From Candidatus Dormibacteria bacterium (GTDB lineage Bacteria > Chloroflexota > Dormibacteria > Aeolococcales > Aeolococcaceae): a stretch of DNA of 64,000 nucleotides. The position numbers and the translations under genes were made by a program. The notes under the pieces are model-generated. The model saw only the letters and a program-made list of their open reading frames with translations. It made no database searches and was not told where the DNA came from. Numbering within the stretch: the first letter of the stretch is position 1; every line of letters starts with the position of its first letter. Below, piece by piece: positions 54,530 to 63,031 of the stretch. The stretch is from contig JBEKXW010000001.1 in NCBI GenBank assembly GCA_049511615.1, forward strand, positions 47,517 to 111,516, given 5' to 3'.

Positions 54530-55222
54530 ATGAGTGTTCGGGACGTCGTCGTCACCTCTCCCCAGGCCCGCCTCCGCGGCTGCTTGGCGCTGCCCGACGG
54601 CCCCGGCCCCCACCCCGGCGTGGTGGTGATCCACGAGATCTACGGTCTCAACGACAACATCCGCGACATCACCGGGCGCCTCGCCGCGGAGGGCTACGCG
54701 TCCCTGGCGGTCGACCTCTTCTCCGATCGCAACCGGGTGATCTGCATGGCCCGCCTGATGGGTGGATCGCTCACCGGCCGCACCTCCTTCGCCGTCCGCG
54801 ATTTGAGGGCGAGCGCGGAGTTCCTGAGTTCGCAACCGGAAGTGGACGGTGCCCGAGTCGGCGTGATCGGCTTCTGCATGGGAGGCGGCCTCGCCCTCGC
54901 CTGGGGATGCCGCGACCGGCGGCTCCGCGCCATCGCTCCCTTCTACGCCACCAACCCCCGGCCGGCCAGCGCGGTGCGCCGGCTGTGTCCGGTGGTCGGC
55001 AGCTATCCGGGCCAGGACTTCACGGCGCGTGCTGGACGCACGCTCGACGCCCGCCTCTCCGAACTCGGGATCGTCCACGACATCAAGGTCTACCCGGGGG
55101 CGCGGCACTCGTTCTTCAACGACCAGGGCAGGGCGTACGACGCCGCCGCCGCAGCCGACGCCTGGGAGCGCGTCCTCGCGTTCTTCGCGGAGCACGTCCG
55201 CGCCGCGCCGGCACCCAGCTAG
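54530..55222 (+). CDS. dienelactone hydrolase family protein
   Basis: PGVVVIHEIYGLNDNIRDITGRLAAEGYASLAVDLF...GVIGFCMGGGLAL...GARHSFF is the DLH fold, with the catalytic Cys/Asp/His context. ATG at 54530. Confidence 0.8.
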   Translation: MSVRDVVVTSPQARLRGCLALPDGPGPHPGVVVIHEIYGLNDNIRDITGRLAAEGYASLAVDLFSDRNRVICMARLMGGSLTGRTSFAVRDLRASAEFLSSQPEVDGARVGVIGFCMGGGLALAWGCRDRRLRAIAPFYATNPRPASAVRRLCPVVGSYPGQDFTARAGRTLDARLSELGIVHDIKVYPGARHSFFNDQGRAYDAAAAADAWERVLAFFAEHVRAAPAPS

Positions 55223-55275
55223 CCCGCCGCGACCGAGGGCCGGATGCCGGACCCCGCCGTGGCAGACTCCGGGGC

Positions 55276-55863
55276 ATGAGCGGGCACGACCCCAAGCCGG
55301 AGCTTCATCGCTACCTGCAGGAGGCCCGTGAGGCGCTGCTCTGGAAGCTCGAGGGCCTGTCCGAGCACGACGTCCGCCGGCCGATGACGCCGACCGGCAC
55401 CAACCTGCTGGGGCTGGTCAAGCATCTCGCCGGCCTGGAGATCGGCTACTTCGGTGACACCTTCGGACGGCCGGCCGAGGAGTCGCTGCCGCCCTTCGAC
55501 GAGTCCGACCCCAACGCGGACATGTGGGCCACCGCTCGGGAGTCGCGCGAGCAGGTCGTCGGGCTGTACCGGCGGGCGTGGGTGCACGCGGATGCCACCA
55601 TCGCCGCCCTGGACCTGGACGCCATCGGTCATGTGCCGTGGTGGCCGCCGGAGCGGAGCGAGGTGACGCTGCACACGGTCCTGGTGCGCATGATCGCCGA
55701 GACCAACCGCCACGCCGGCCACGCCGACATCGTCCGGGAGCTCCTCGACGGGGCTGTCGGGGTGCGCCCCGGCAACGACGGCATGCCTGCGGTCGACGCT
55801 GCGTGGTGGGAGAGCTACCGCAGCCGCCTGGAGCGCGTCGCGCGCGGGTTCCGCGACGATTGA
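55276..55863 (+). CDS. DinB_2/DUF664-family (mycothiol-dependent-enzyme-like) protein
   Basis: HRYLQEAREALLWKLEGLSEHDVRRPMTPTGTNLLGLVKHLAGLE...WWPPERSEVTLHTVLVRMIAETNRHAGHADIVRELLDG is the typical DUF664 consensus. ATG at 55276 inside the long track ORF. Confidence 0.7.
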   Translation: MSGHDPKPELHRYLQEAREALLWKLEGLSEHDVRRPMTPTGTNLLGLVKHLAGLEIGYFGDTFGRPAEESLPPFDESDPNADMWATARESREQVVGLYRRAWVHADATIAALDLDAIGHVPWWPPERSEVTLHTVLVRMIAETNRHAGHADIVRELLDGAVGVRPGNDGMPAVDAAWWESYRSRLERVARGFRDD

Positions 55864-55929
55864 GGCCGCGGGCGCCGGCCGGTGGGTGCCCGGCGACGGT
55901 CGGGGTGCCGGCACCGCGTGCGGTCGAAC

Positions 55930-56595
55930 CTACGACTGCGCCTCGCCGGCATCCCCCCGCAGCCAGGTGAGCACCGAGAGCACCCGGCGGTTGTCGTCGG
56001 AGGTGTCCTCGATGCCCAGCTTGGAGAAGATCCCCGAGACGTGGGTCTCCACCGTCTTGGGGCTGAGGAAGAGGCGCTCTCCGATGGCTCGATTGGACCT
56101 CCCCTCGGCCATCAGACCCAGGACCTCCCGCTCCCGGACGGTCAGCCTCTCCATCGGGTCGTCCTGGCGGCGGCGGCCGACCAGCCGGCTCACCACGGCG
56201 GGGTCGATCACCGAGCGTCCCGCCGCCACCGCGCGCAGCCCCGCCAGCAGCTCCGAGACGTCGCCGACGCGATCCTTGAGCAGGTAGCCGACCCCGTCGG
56301 CACCGCGGGCCAGGAGCTCGATCGCGTAGCGGGTCTCGACGTACTGGGAGAGCACCAGGACGGCGACCGAGGGATGCCGGATGCGCAGCTGGAGCGCGGC
56401 CTGGAGGCCCTCGGTGGTGTTGGTTGGCGGCATGCGGATGTCGACGATGCAGACGTCGGGCGGGTCGGCGTCGACGGCGGCCAGCAGGGCCTCGGCATCG
56501 CCCACCTGGGCCACCACCTCGAAGCCGGATTCGACCAGCATGCGGGCCAGGCCCTCGCGCAGCAGCACCGAGTCGTCGGCGAGGATCACCCGCAT
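55930..56595 (-). CDS. NarL/LuxR-family two-component response regulator
   Basis: MRVILADDSVLLREGL...DVCIVDIRMPP (receiver with conserved D's), then GerE/LuxR HTH (LTVREREVLGLMAEGRSNRAIGERLFLSPKTVETHVS). ATG at 56595. Confidence 0.9.
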   Translation of the reverse strand: MRVILADDSVLLREGLARMLVESGFEVVAQVGDAEALLAAVDADPPDVCIVDIRMPPTNTTEGLQAALQLRIRHPSVAVLVLSQYVETRYAIELLARGADGVGYLLKDRVGDVSELLAGLRAVAAGRSVIDPAVVSRLVGRRRQDDPMERLTVREREVLGLMAEGRSNRAIGERLFLSPKTVETHVSGIFSKLGIEDTSDDNRRVLSVLTWLRGDAGEAQS

Positions 56596-58499
56596 GGCAG
56601 GTCGATCTCCAGACGGGTTCCCTTGCCGGTCGGGCTGTCGAGGGTGAGGTGGCCGTCCAGGGCGCTGATCCGATCCACCAGCCCGTTGAGGCCGGTCCCT
56701 CCACCGAACTCCGCGCCGCCGACGCCGTCGTCGCTGACCTCGATCAGGAGGTGGTCGTTGTCGAGGCGGGCGGTGATCGTGACCGAGGTGGCGTGGGCGT
56801 GCTTGGCGGCGTTGGTCAGCGCCTCGCAGATCGCGAAGTAGGCGGCGGACTCCACCGAGTCGGGAAGGCGGCGATCCGCCGCGATGCGCAGCGTCACCGG
56901 GAGGGGCGCGTTCTCGGCCAGCGACTCCAGGGCGGGGCCGAGGCCGGCATCGGAGAGGATGGCCGGCCGGATCCCGGCGGCCAGCCGGCGCAGCTCCTCC
57001 AGCGCCTTCTGGAGCTGCCGCTCGCCATCCCGCAGGAGCTCCCCGCTCCCCTCCCGGCCGTCGTTGAGGCGCTCGGCGGCCCTGCTCAGGGTGAGGGCCA
57101 GGGCGACCAGCCGCTGCTGGGCCCCGTCGTGGAGGTCGCGCTCCAGCCGTCTGCGCTCCTGGTCGGCGACGGTCACCAGGCGGGCCCGCGACTCCCGGAC
57201 CTCGGCCAGCCGGGCCAGCACGTCGGCCTGGAGCCGCTCGTTCTCGATGGCGAGCGCCGCCGCCCCCGCCACCGCCGCCACCAGGGTGGGGTCGTTCTCC
57301 AGCGAGCGGTCGTGGATCAGCGCCGCCACCGCCTCGCCGCCGCGCTCCAGGACGGTGATGGCGCGGGCGGACCGGCCGTCGGGGAGGCTGAGCGGCCTTC
57401 CCTCGGCATCGACCCATCCCTCCCTCTCCGGCACCTGGTAGGCGAGCGCGAGCGAGGGGTCGTGCAGGGTCTCCGCCAGGGCGTCGCGGATCCGTCCCGG
57501 CGGGGGCGACGCCCCGAGCTCCACCACCAGGTGGCCGACGTCGGCGACGGCGAGGCGGCTGCGCAGCAGGCCGAAGATGAAGGAGACGGGAAGCGAGGCG
57601 AGCGCGATCGGCGTCAAATACGGCACCGCGCTGCTCAGCACCGGGGCCGAGCCCACCACTCCCGGGAGGGACAGCAGGATGGCGGCCAGCAGCATCGGTC
57701 CGCTGGCCCAGACCGCGGGTCCGAGGGCTCGCCGGGCCGGCGGGGTGCCGCGGGCGTAGTGGACGGCCACCAGAGCGACGACGACGACGGCGAGGGTCGC
57801 GTCGAGTCCCTGCTGGAGGGCGTCGAAGATGGCGTACTGGGTGGCGTCCCGGTGGAGCACGAAGAGCTCGGTGCTCCCGGCCGGGGCGAAGAGCACGTGG
57901 GTGAAGAGGTTGCCCCCCAGGGCCCAGAGGTAGGCGGCGGTCACCACCACGCGGTCGGTCCTGGTCTCCAGGCGGCCGCTCGGGAAGGCCACGACCAGGT
58001 GGCCGAGGAAGCCGAAGTAGGCGACGAAGAAGAAGTCCCCCAGGGCATAGGGGAGCGGGGCTGTGGCGTGGGTCAGGTCCTGGACGAACCAGGCGATGCC
58101 GACCGCCACCATCAGCTGGCCGGTCCGGTTGCGCGGGCGCCGCCACCAGGCGGCGCCGCCGACCAGCACGTAGGTCAGCCCGCCGGCGATATGGAGCGCG
58201 ATCCCCGCCGCCGTCTGGCCGGCGGGGTGGATCAGGTCGAGGCGCAGGGCCAGGGCCGCAACCACCACGCCAAGAGCCGTCGCCGCGACGGGCAGCGCAA
58301 CGCCGCCGCGAGGGGCGGATGCCGTGCGAGGGAGGAGGACCGCCCGGGCCACCGCGGGATTGTCACATGGCCGGACGCCCGTCGAATCCGGGAAACCCCT
58401 CGGGTCATCTCCCGGCGTCTGGCGTCGCGGGGTCGCGACGGTGACGGCGACCGGCCGCGACTCATGGCACACTCGGCCGGTGCTCCTCCCGATCACCAC
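56586..58499 (-). CDS. multi-TM sensor histidine kinase (HisKA_3/HATPase_c, NarX/LiaS-like), cognate to the 55930 regulator
   Basis: N-terminal ~6 TM helices, a GAF-like middle region, and an H-box LERDLHDGAQQRLVAL (HisKA_3). HATPase_c present (EALTNAAKHA...DDGVGG...GLNGLVDR). Its 3' end overlaps the regulator start by 10 nt. Start codon uncertain. Confidence 0.8.
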   Translation of the reverse strand: MVIGRSTGRVCHESRPVAVTVATPRRQTPGDDPRGFPDSTGVRPCDNPAVARAVLLPRTASAPRGGVALPVAATALGVVVAALALRLDLIHPAGQTAAGIALHIAGGLTYVLVGGAAWWRRPRNRTGQLMVAVGIAWFVQDLTHATAPLPYALGDFFFVAYFGFLGHLVVAFPSGRLETRTDRVVVTAAYLWALGGNLFTHVLFAPAGSTELFVLHRDATQYAIFDALQQGLDATLAVVVVALVAVHYARGTPPARRALGPAVWASGPMLLAAILLSLPGVVGSAPVLSSAVPYLTPIALASLPVSFIFGLLRSRLAVADVGHLVVELGASPPPGRIRDALAETLHDPSLALAYQVPEREGWVDAEGRPLSLPDGRSARAITVLERGGEAVAALIHDRSLENDPTLVAAVAGAAALAIENERLQADVLARLAEVRESRARLVTVADQERRRLERDLHDGAQQRLVALALTLSRAAERLNDGREGSGELLRDGERQLQKALEELRRLAAGIRPAILSDAGLGPALESLAENAPLPVTLRIAADRRLPDSVESAAYFAICEALTNAAKHAHATSVTITARLDNDHLLIEVSDDGVGGAEFGGGTGLNGLVDRISALDGHLTLDSPTGKGTRLEIDLPCG

Positions 58500-59406
58500 C
58501 GACGTCCTCGTCGAGGAGGCGCGGCGGCTCGGCGACGGCGACCACCGCTACACCTCCCGCCAGCTGTACTACGCGGCCTGCCGGGCTGTGGAGCGGCCGC
58601 CGGAGTCCGCGACCCGCGGTTTCATCGGCCTGGGCGCGGTCCTGGTCGTCCTCGCCGGAGCGTTGCTCTGGGTGCACTCCGTCCCCCTCTCCCCCGTCCT
58701 TGCCGGTCTCGGGGTCGTGTCCCTGCTCGCCGCACCGGTCAACGCTCGCGTCGAGCGCGCCCGCGCCCGACGGCGTGCCCAGGGGAGCCGGACCCTGGCG
58801 ACGAGCTACACCGGTTTCTGTGCCGGGCCCCTGGAGGAGGCGCAGAGGAGCCGGCCCGAGGAGTTCGGCGCCCTGGTCGCCGGCACCCCGCCCCCGGCCC
58901 GCGCGCCCACCCTGCCGGAGCTGACGGTAGCCGGTGGGCGGGGCCGCGCCGCCCCCCTCATCGTCTGTGATCGCGGCGAGACGGCGGAACTGCTCGCCGC
59001 CAACGCCGGCCGGCTCCCGGAGGGTGCCGCGGTGGCCGACCTCGCTGGGCTCCTGGATGGCGACGGTGACGGCTTGCCGCCGGAGGTGCGGGGGCGCCGG
59101 CTGGTGGCGGTCCACGACGCCGACCCCGCCGGCTGCGGGATGCCGGCGGCGCTGCGCCGGGCCGGCGCCGTTGACCTCGTCGACGCCGGCCTCCGCCCTC
59201 CCGCCTGCGACGCCGGGCTCCACGTCATCGAGGGCGCCCCGGCCCGCCTGCCCGCCGGGATCGAGGCCGACCTGAGCGTCCCCGAGCTCCACTGGCTGCG
59301 GAGCGGCCGCCGTCTCGAGCTGGCCACCCTGACCCCGCGCGAGGTCGTGGCGCTGGTGCTCGACGCGGTTCCGGCCGTCTCCGGCGAGGTGCGCTCGGTC
59401 AGCTGA
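58480..59406 (+). CDS. hypothetical protein with two predicted TM helices
   Basis: Track ORF 58324..59406. GTG at 58480 proposed to avoid overlap with the divergent HK. No family recognised. Confidence 0.3.
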   Translation: MLLPITTDVLVEEARRLGDGDHRYTSRQLYYAACRAVERPPESATRGFIGLGAVLVVLAGALLWVHSVPLSPVLAGLGVVSLLAAPVNARVERARARRRAQGSRTLATSYTGFCAGPLEEAQRSRPEEFGALVAGTPPPARAPTLPELTVAGGRGRAAPLIVCDRGETAELLAANAGRLPEGAAVADLAGLLDGDGDGLPPEVRGRRLVAVHDADPAGCGMPAALRRAGAVDLVDAGLRPPACDAGLHVIEGAPARLPAGIEADLSVPELHWLRSGRRLELATLTPREVVALVLDAVPAVSGEVRSVS

Positions 59407-59429
59407 CCAGAGCCCGGCCGGAGCCCGGC

Positions 59430-60107
59430 TCAGCGCCGGCCTTCCAGCGCCCGGCGGATGTGGTCGATCAGGAATCCGTAGAACTGGCCGCGCTCGGCGG
59501 CGTCGACGTCGGGTGTCACCTCCCGGTGCGCCTGCCGCCGGCTGACCCAGGGCGGCACCGCGACCGCCATCACGGAGTCGTCGACCTGGAGCGATATCCG
59601 GGCGTCGTCCACCTCGTCGACGCAGATCACCACCTTGCCGGTGAGGCCGCTGCGGTCACCGATCCGCCAACCCCGCTCCCACCGCCGCTGTCCGTTCGGC
59701 AGGCGGACCACGTTGACGGCGCGGTCATCGAAGACGACCTCTCCCGGTCGGAGCCCGGAGGCCACCGCGGCGTGCAGGGCCGTGAGCCCCTCGGTCCAGA
59801 TCCAGTTCACCAGCGAGGCGCCGCGGTAGTCGACGGGGGGAAGCGCCCTGGGGTCGCTGGCCCGGCCGCCCAGCGCGGCCACGGTGCTGGCGTGGCGGCG
59901 GCAGTAGCCGGTGGAACCGACCATGCGCAGGTGCCGGTGGCACCAGCGGGTCGCGCAGGCGTGGCCGCGGCTGTCGACGTAGGCGCACCGGAGGGATCCC
60001 GGGGTGGAGCAGCCCCCCTCCCGGCATGCGGCCGTGACCGTCACGGTCGCCCCCGCCAGGGCGCGCGCCTCGACGACGGATGCCATCGTCAGATCCGACA
60101 CCGCCAT
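59430..60107 (-). CDS. hypothetical protein with N-terminal Cys/His-rich putative zinc-binding region
   Basis: Track ORF. N-terminus reads CREGGCSTPGSLRCAYVDSRGHACATRWCHRHLRMVGSTGYCRRH (≥7 Cys, 5 His in 45 aa). C-terminal ~150 aa of unknown fold. Confidence 0.4.
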   Translation of the reverse strand: MAVSDLTMASVVEARALAGATVTVTAACREGGCSTPGSLRCAYVDSRGHACATRWCHRHLRMVGSTGYCRRHASTVAALGGRASDPRALPPVDYRGASLVNWIWTEGLTALHAAVASGLRPGEVVFDDRAVNVVRLPNGQRRWERGWRIGDRSGLTGKVVICVDEVDDARISLQVDDSVMAVAVPPWVSRRQAHREVTPDVDAAERGQFYGFLIDHIRRALEGRR

Positions 60108-60483
60108 CCACTTATCCTCGACACACCACCACTCACCTCGACGTCGAGGCGCCTCTCGCTTGACAGCTTAGGGCCATTTGCGCCGAACGCCCCGAGATTA
60201 ACCGGCTTGTAACGCTTCCGACGTTCCGCGCATCCGCTCTCGTATCCTCGCGGCCATACCCACCGTCGGCGCCTGCCTCGACGCGGCCGCCGCCCTGCTC
60301 GTCGAGCAGGGACGCGACATCGACCGCGACCTCGCGGAGCGGCTGGTCCTGATCGGTGACGACGACCTCTCCCGGCTGAGCCGAGGCCGTCCCGCCGCCG
60401 CCACCGCGTCGCCGCATCCATAGAGGTTTGCGACGGGGTCCGGTTTCGTTCGTTACCGCGCCGACGTAGCCTGAGCCACGCCG

Positions 60484-61527
60484 ATGCAAGTGACGGCGGA
60501 GCGGGGGGCTGGCGCTGGCTCGTCCCCGTCGGGTCGCCCCGGGGTCGCGCCTGCCGTCCGGGCGGTGCTCCCGGCGGCCCCGGCCGGGGCGGTCACCCGC
60601 AGGTCGACGTGGATGGTCCCGGTGGCCGCCATCGGGGTCAGCCTGGTCGCCGTGCCCCTGGTGGCGGCCGCCGCGGTCGCCCTCCACCTCACCAGCTGGG
60701 CGGACCTGGTGGCCCTGGGGTTGGGCGCCGCCGTGCTCACCGTGTGCCTGGTGGTGCTGCCCCTCCAGCTCCGGCTGGCCCAGCTGGCCGGGAGCCAGAC
60801 CGGCCATTGGTGGCGAGAGGCGGAGCGCTCGGTCGAGCGCGAGGCCGATCTCTCCGCCGAGCGAGAGAAGCTTCTCCACGAGGCCCTGGTCGCGTCCGAC
60901 CGGGAGCGGCGTCAGCTCGCCGCCGACCTCCACGACGGGGTCATCCAGCTGGTCAGCGCCGTCACCCTCCGGACCGCCACCCTGGCCCGGGGGCTGCGCC
61001 GCGAGGGCGGACAGTCGCCGGAGCGGGTGGCCGCGACGGTGGAGGGCCTTGAGCGGATCACCGTCGACCTGCAGGCGGTGACCGCCGATCTCCGAGGACT
61101 GATGGGCACCCTGGCGGGGGACCAGATCGAGCGCGACGGTCTGACCGGCGCGCTCTCGAGCCTTCTGGTTCCGCTCGCCGAGAGCGGCGTCGAGGTGGAC
61201 ATCTCCATCGGCGAGCTGGACTGCGACGCCCGGGTGCGGAGCCTGATCCACCGGGTCGTCCAGGAGCTGGTGCGCAACACCGCGCGGCACGCGGCGGCGC
61301 ATCGGGTGCAGCTCACGGTCACCCAGGACCGTGACGGGATGCGGCTGGAGATGACCGACGACGGGCAGGGCTTCGACGTCGGGACCCTGGGGGACCAGCA
61401 GCGTCGGGGTCACATGGGACTGCTGCTGCTCGAGCAGCGGGTGGAGGACGCCGGCGGGGTGCTGCGGGTGGGCTCCGACCCCGGACACGGCACCACGGTC
61501 GTGATGAGGCTGCCCCTGGCGAGCTAG
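60484..61527 (+). CDS. membrane sensor histidine kinase (HisKA_3/HATPase_c)
   Basis: Two TM helices, H-box RRQLAADLHDGVIQLVSA, HATPase_c (ELVRNTARHAA...DDGQGFD...GHMGLLLLEQR). True start may be internal (M44). Confidence 0.8.
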   Translation: MQVTAERGAGAGSSPSGRPGVAPAVRAVLPAAPAGAVTRRSTWMVPVAAIGVSLVAVPLVAAAAVALHLTSWADLVALGLGAAVLTVCLVVLPLQLRLAQLAGSQTGHWWREAERSVEREADLSAEREKLLHEALVASDRERRQLAADLHDGVIQLVSAVTLRTATLARGLRREGGQSPERVAATVEGLERITVDLQAVTADLRGLMGTLAGDQIERDGLTGALSSLLVPLAESGVEVDISIGELDCDARVRSLIHRVVQELVRNTARHAAAHRVQLTVTQDRDGMRLEMTDDGQGFDVGTLGDQQRRGHMGLLLLEQRVEDAGGVLRVGSDPGHGTTVVMRLPLAS

Positions 61528-61599
61528 TTGCAGCGCCCCCGGAGCGGTGGTCCGGAGCGGAGCCGGCCCGCCCCCGCGGCCCCGCGAGGAGCGGGGAGC

Positions 61600-62265
61600 T
61601 CAGTACTCGTTGCCCGGCGCGGTGATGAGGCCTTCGCGGATGGCGATCGAGACCGCCTCGAGCTTGGAGTGGGCCCCGAGCTTGCTGATGATGCTCTGGA
61701 TGTGGTTGCGCAGGGTGTGGATGCTGATGAAGAGCCGCTTGGCGATCTCCTCGTTGCTCATCCCGTCGGCCAGGAAGAGGAGCACCGCTGTCTCCCGCGG
61801 CGTCAGCGGCTCGGTCAGCGCGGAGCCGTTGACGTCGGGGCTGGTCAGCCGGTTCAGCATCGCCGGCGAGACGGGGGTGGCGCCGGAGGCGGCGGCCCGG
61901 ACCGCGGCGGCCAGCGCGTCGATGCTGTCCCCCTTGGTCACGAACCCGGCGCAGCCGGCGGCCAGGGCCTCGTTGAGGACGCTGGGCTCCATCGCCGCCG
62001 TGACCAGGACGACCTTGGCGCCAGGGCGGATGGCGCGCAGCTCGGCCGCGGCGTGGGTCCCCTGGCCGTCGGGGAGACGCTGGTCCAGCAGGATCACGTC
62101 CACCTCGACCTCCTCCAGCCGGCGCCGCGCCTCGGCCAGGTTCTCGACGGTGTCGACCACCTCCATGTCGGGCTCCTCGGCGAGGGCTGCGGCCACGGCC
62201 TGGGTGAACATGCGGTGGTCATCGATGATGAACACCCGGATGGTCCGAGACAGCGCACCCGGCAC
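61600..62265 (-). CDS. NarL/LuxR-family response regulator
   Basis: IRVFIIDDHRMF...VDVILLDQRLPDG receiver, C-terminal LuxR HTH (LTPRETAVLLFLADGMSNEEIAKRLFISIHTLRNHI). Convergent with the 60484 kinase. Confidence 0.9.
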   Translation of the reverse strand: MPGALSRTIRVFIIDDHRMFTQAVAAALAEEPDMEVVDTVENLAEARRRLEEVEVDVILLDQRLPDGQGTHAAAELRAIRPGAKVVLVTAAMEPSVLNEALAAGCAGFVTKGDSIDALAAAVRAAASGATPVSPAMLNRLTSPDVNGSALTEPLTPRETAVLLFLADGMSNEEIAKRLFISIHTLRNHIQSIISKLGAHSKLEAVSIAIREGLITAPGNEY

Positions 62266-62581
62266 AGGGGTCTCCTTCGAGGTTCGCGGCGGTCCGCTCT
62301 CGCCGCCATTGTTCGAGGGATGCCCGATCCGGGGGGTGGTTTTCGTTGGACTGTCACGGCGGCGTGTCCGGGTTGGGGTGCCGTTGCACCGCCGTCACCC
62401 GTCCGTCCGGCCGCCGCGCGGGGCCGCCCGCGCGACCGGGTGGCGCGGAGAGCGTGCCCTTCGCCTCGCCGGCCTGGGAACGCCAATCCTCGCCGGGGGT
62501 TCTTCAGCACCCCGCTAGTGCACGCGCACCAGGGGAATACCGGCAGTCCGCGTCTGGCCAGGGCGCCCCGGCGGGCACACG

Positions 62582-63031
62582 ATGGTGACGGACCTCCCGC
62601 CCCCCCGAGGATCGGACGTGATCAGCACCGTCAGTCTCCGCCCCCAGATAGCCAGCTTCCCGACCCGGCTGCTGACCAGCTGCTGGGCCGACATCGCCGG
62701 GTACGCTCACGGTGTGATCCGCGACTTCGGCGCGCTTGCCGCGGACACGGCGACCAGCTGGCTGGCGCTGTCCGTGGTCGTGTCACAGCTTGCTGACGCG
62801 ACCACGACCGTGGCCGCGCTTGCCAATAATCTGCCGGAACAGAACCCGATCAGCGCCGCCGTGATTGGCCGGTGGGGCATACCCGGGTTGCTCATCGAGA
62901 AGGCAGTGGTGGCCTCCGTCGTGGTTTTCAACATGGCCAGGCTGCGCGGTCGCGGCGCGCGGGCGCTGGGGCTGCTCGCCGTCCTGGTGGGGCTCGCGGC
63001 GGTGGTCTGGAACCTTCATGTCGCCGCGTAG
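62582..63031 (+). CDS. hypothetical small membrane protein
   Basis: Track ORF with hydrophobic segments (WLALSVVVSQL, AVVASVVVFNMA, LGLLAVLVGLAAVVWNL). No family assigned. Confidence 0.35.
   Translation: MVTDLPPPRGSDVISTVSLRPQIASFPTRLLTSCWADIAGYAHGVIRDFGALAADTATSWLALSVVVSQLADATTTVAALANNLPEQNPISAAVIGRWGIPGLLIEKAVVASVVVFNMARLRGRGARALGLLAVLVGLAAVVWNLHVAA

Noticed and set aside
60229-60423. Short ORF (PACNASDVPRIRSRILAAIPTVGACLDAAAALLVEQG...) in the 370-bp spacer
   Set aside because: No canonical start codon in frame after the upstream stop, and no SD. It falls below the ORF-track threshold. Kept only as part of the spacer observation.
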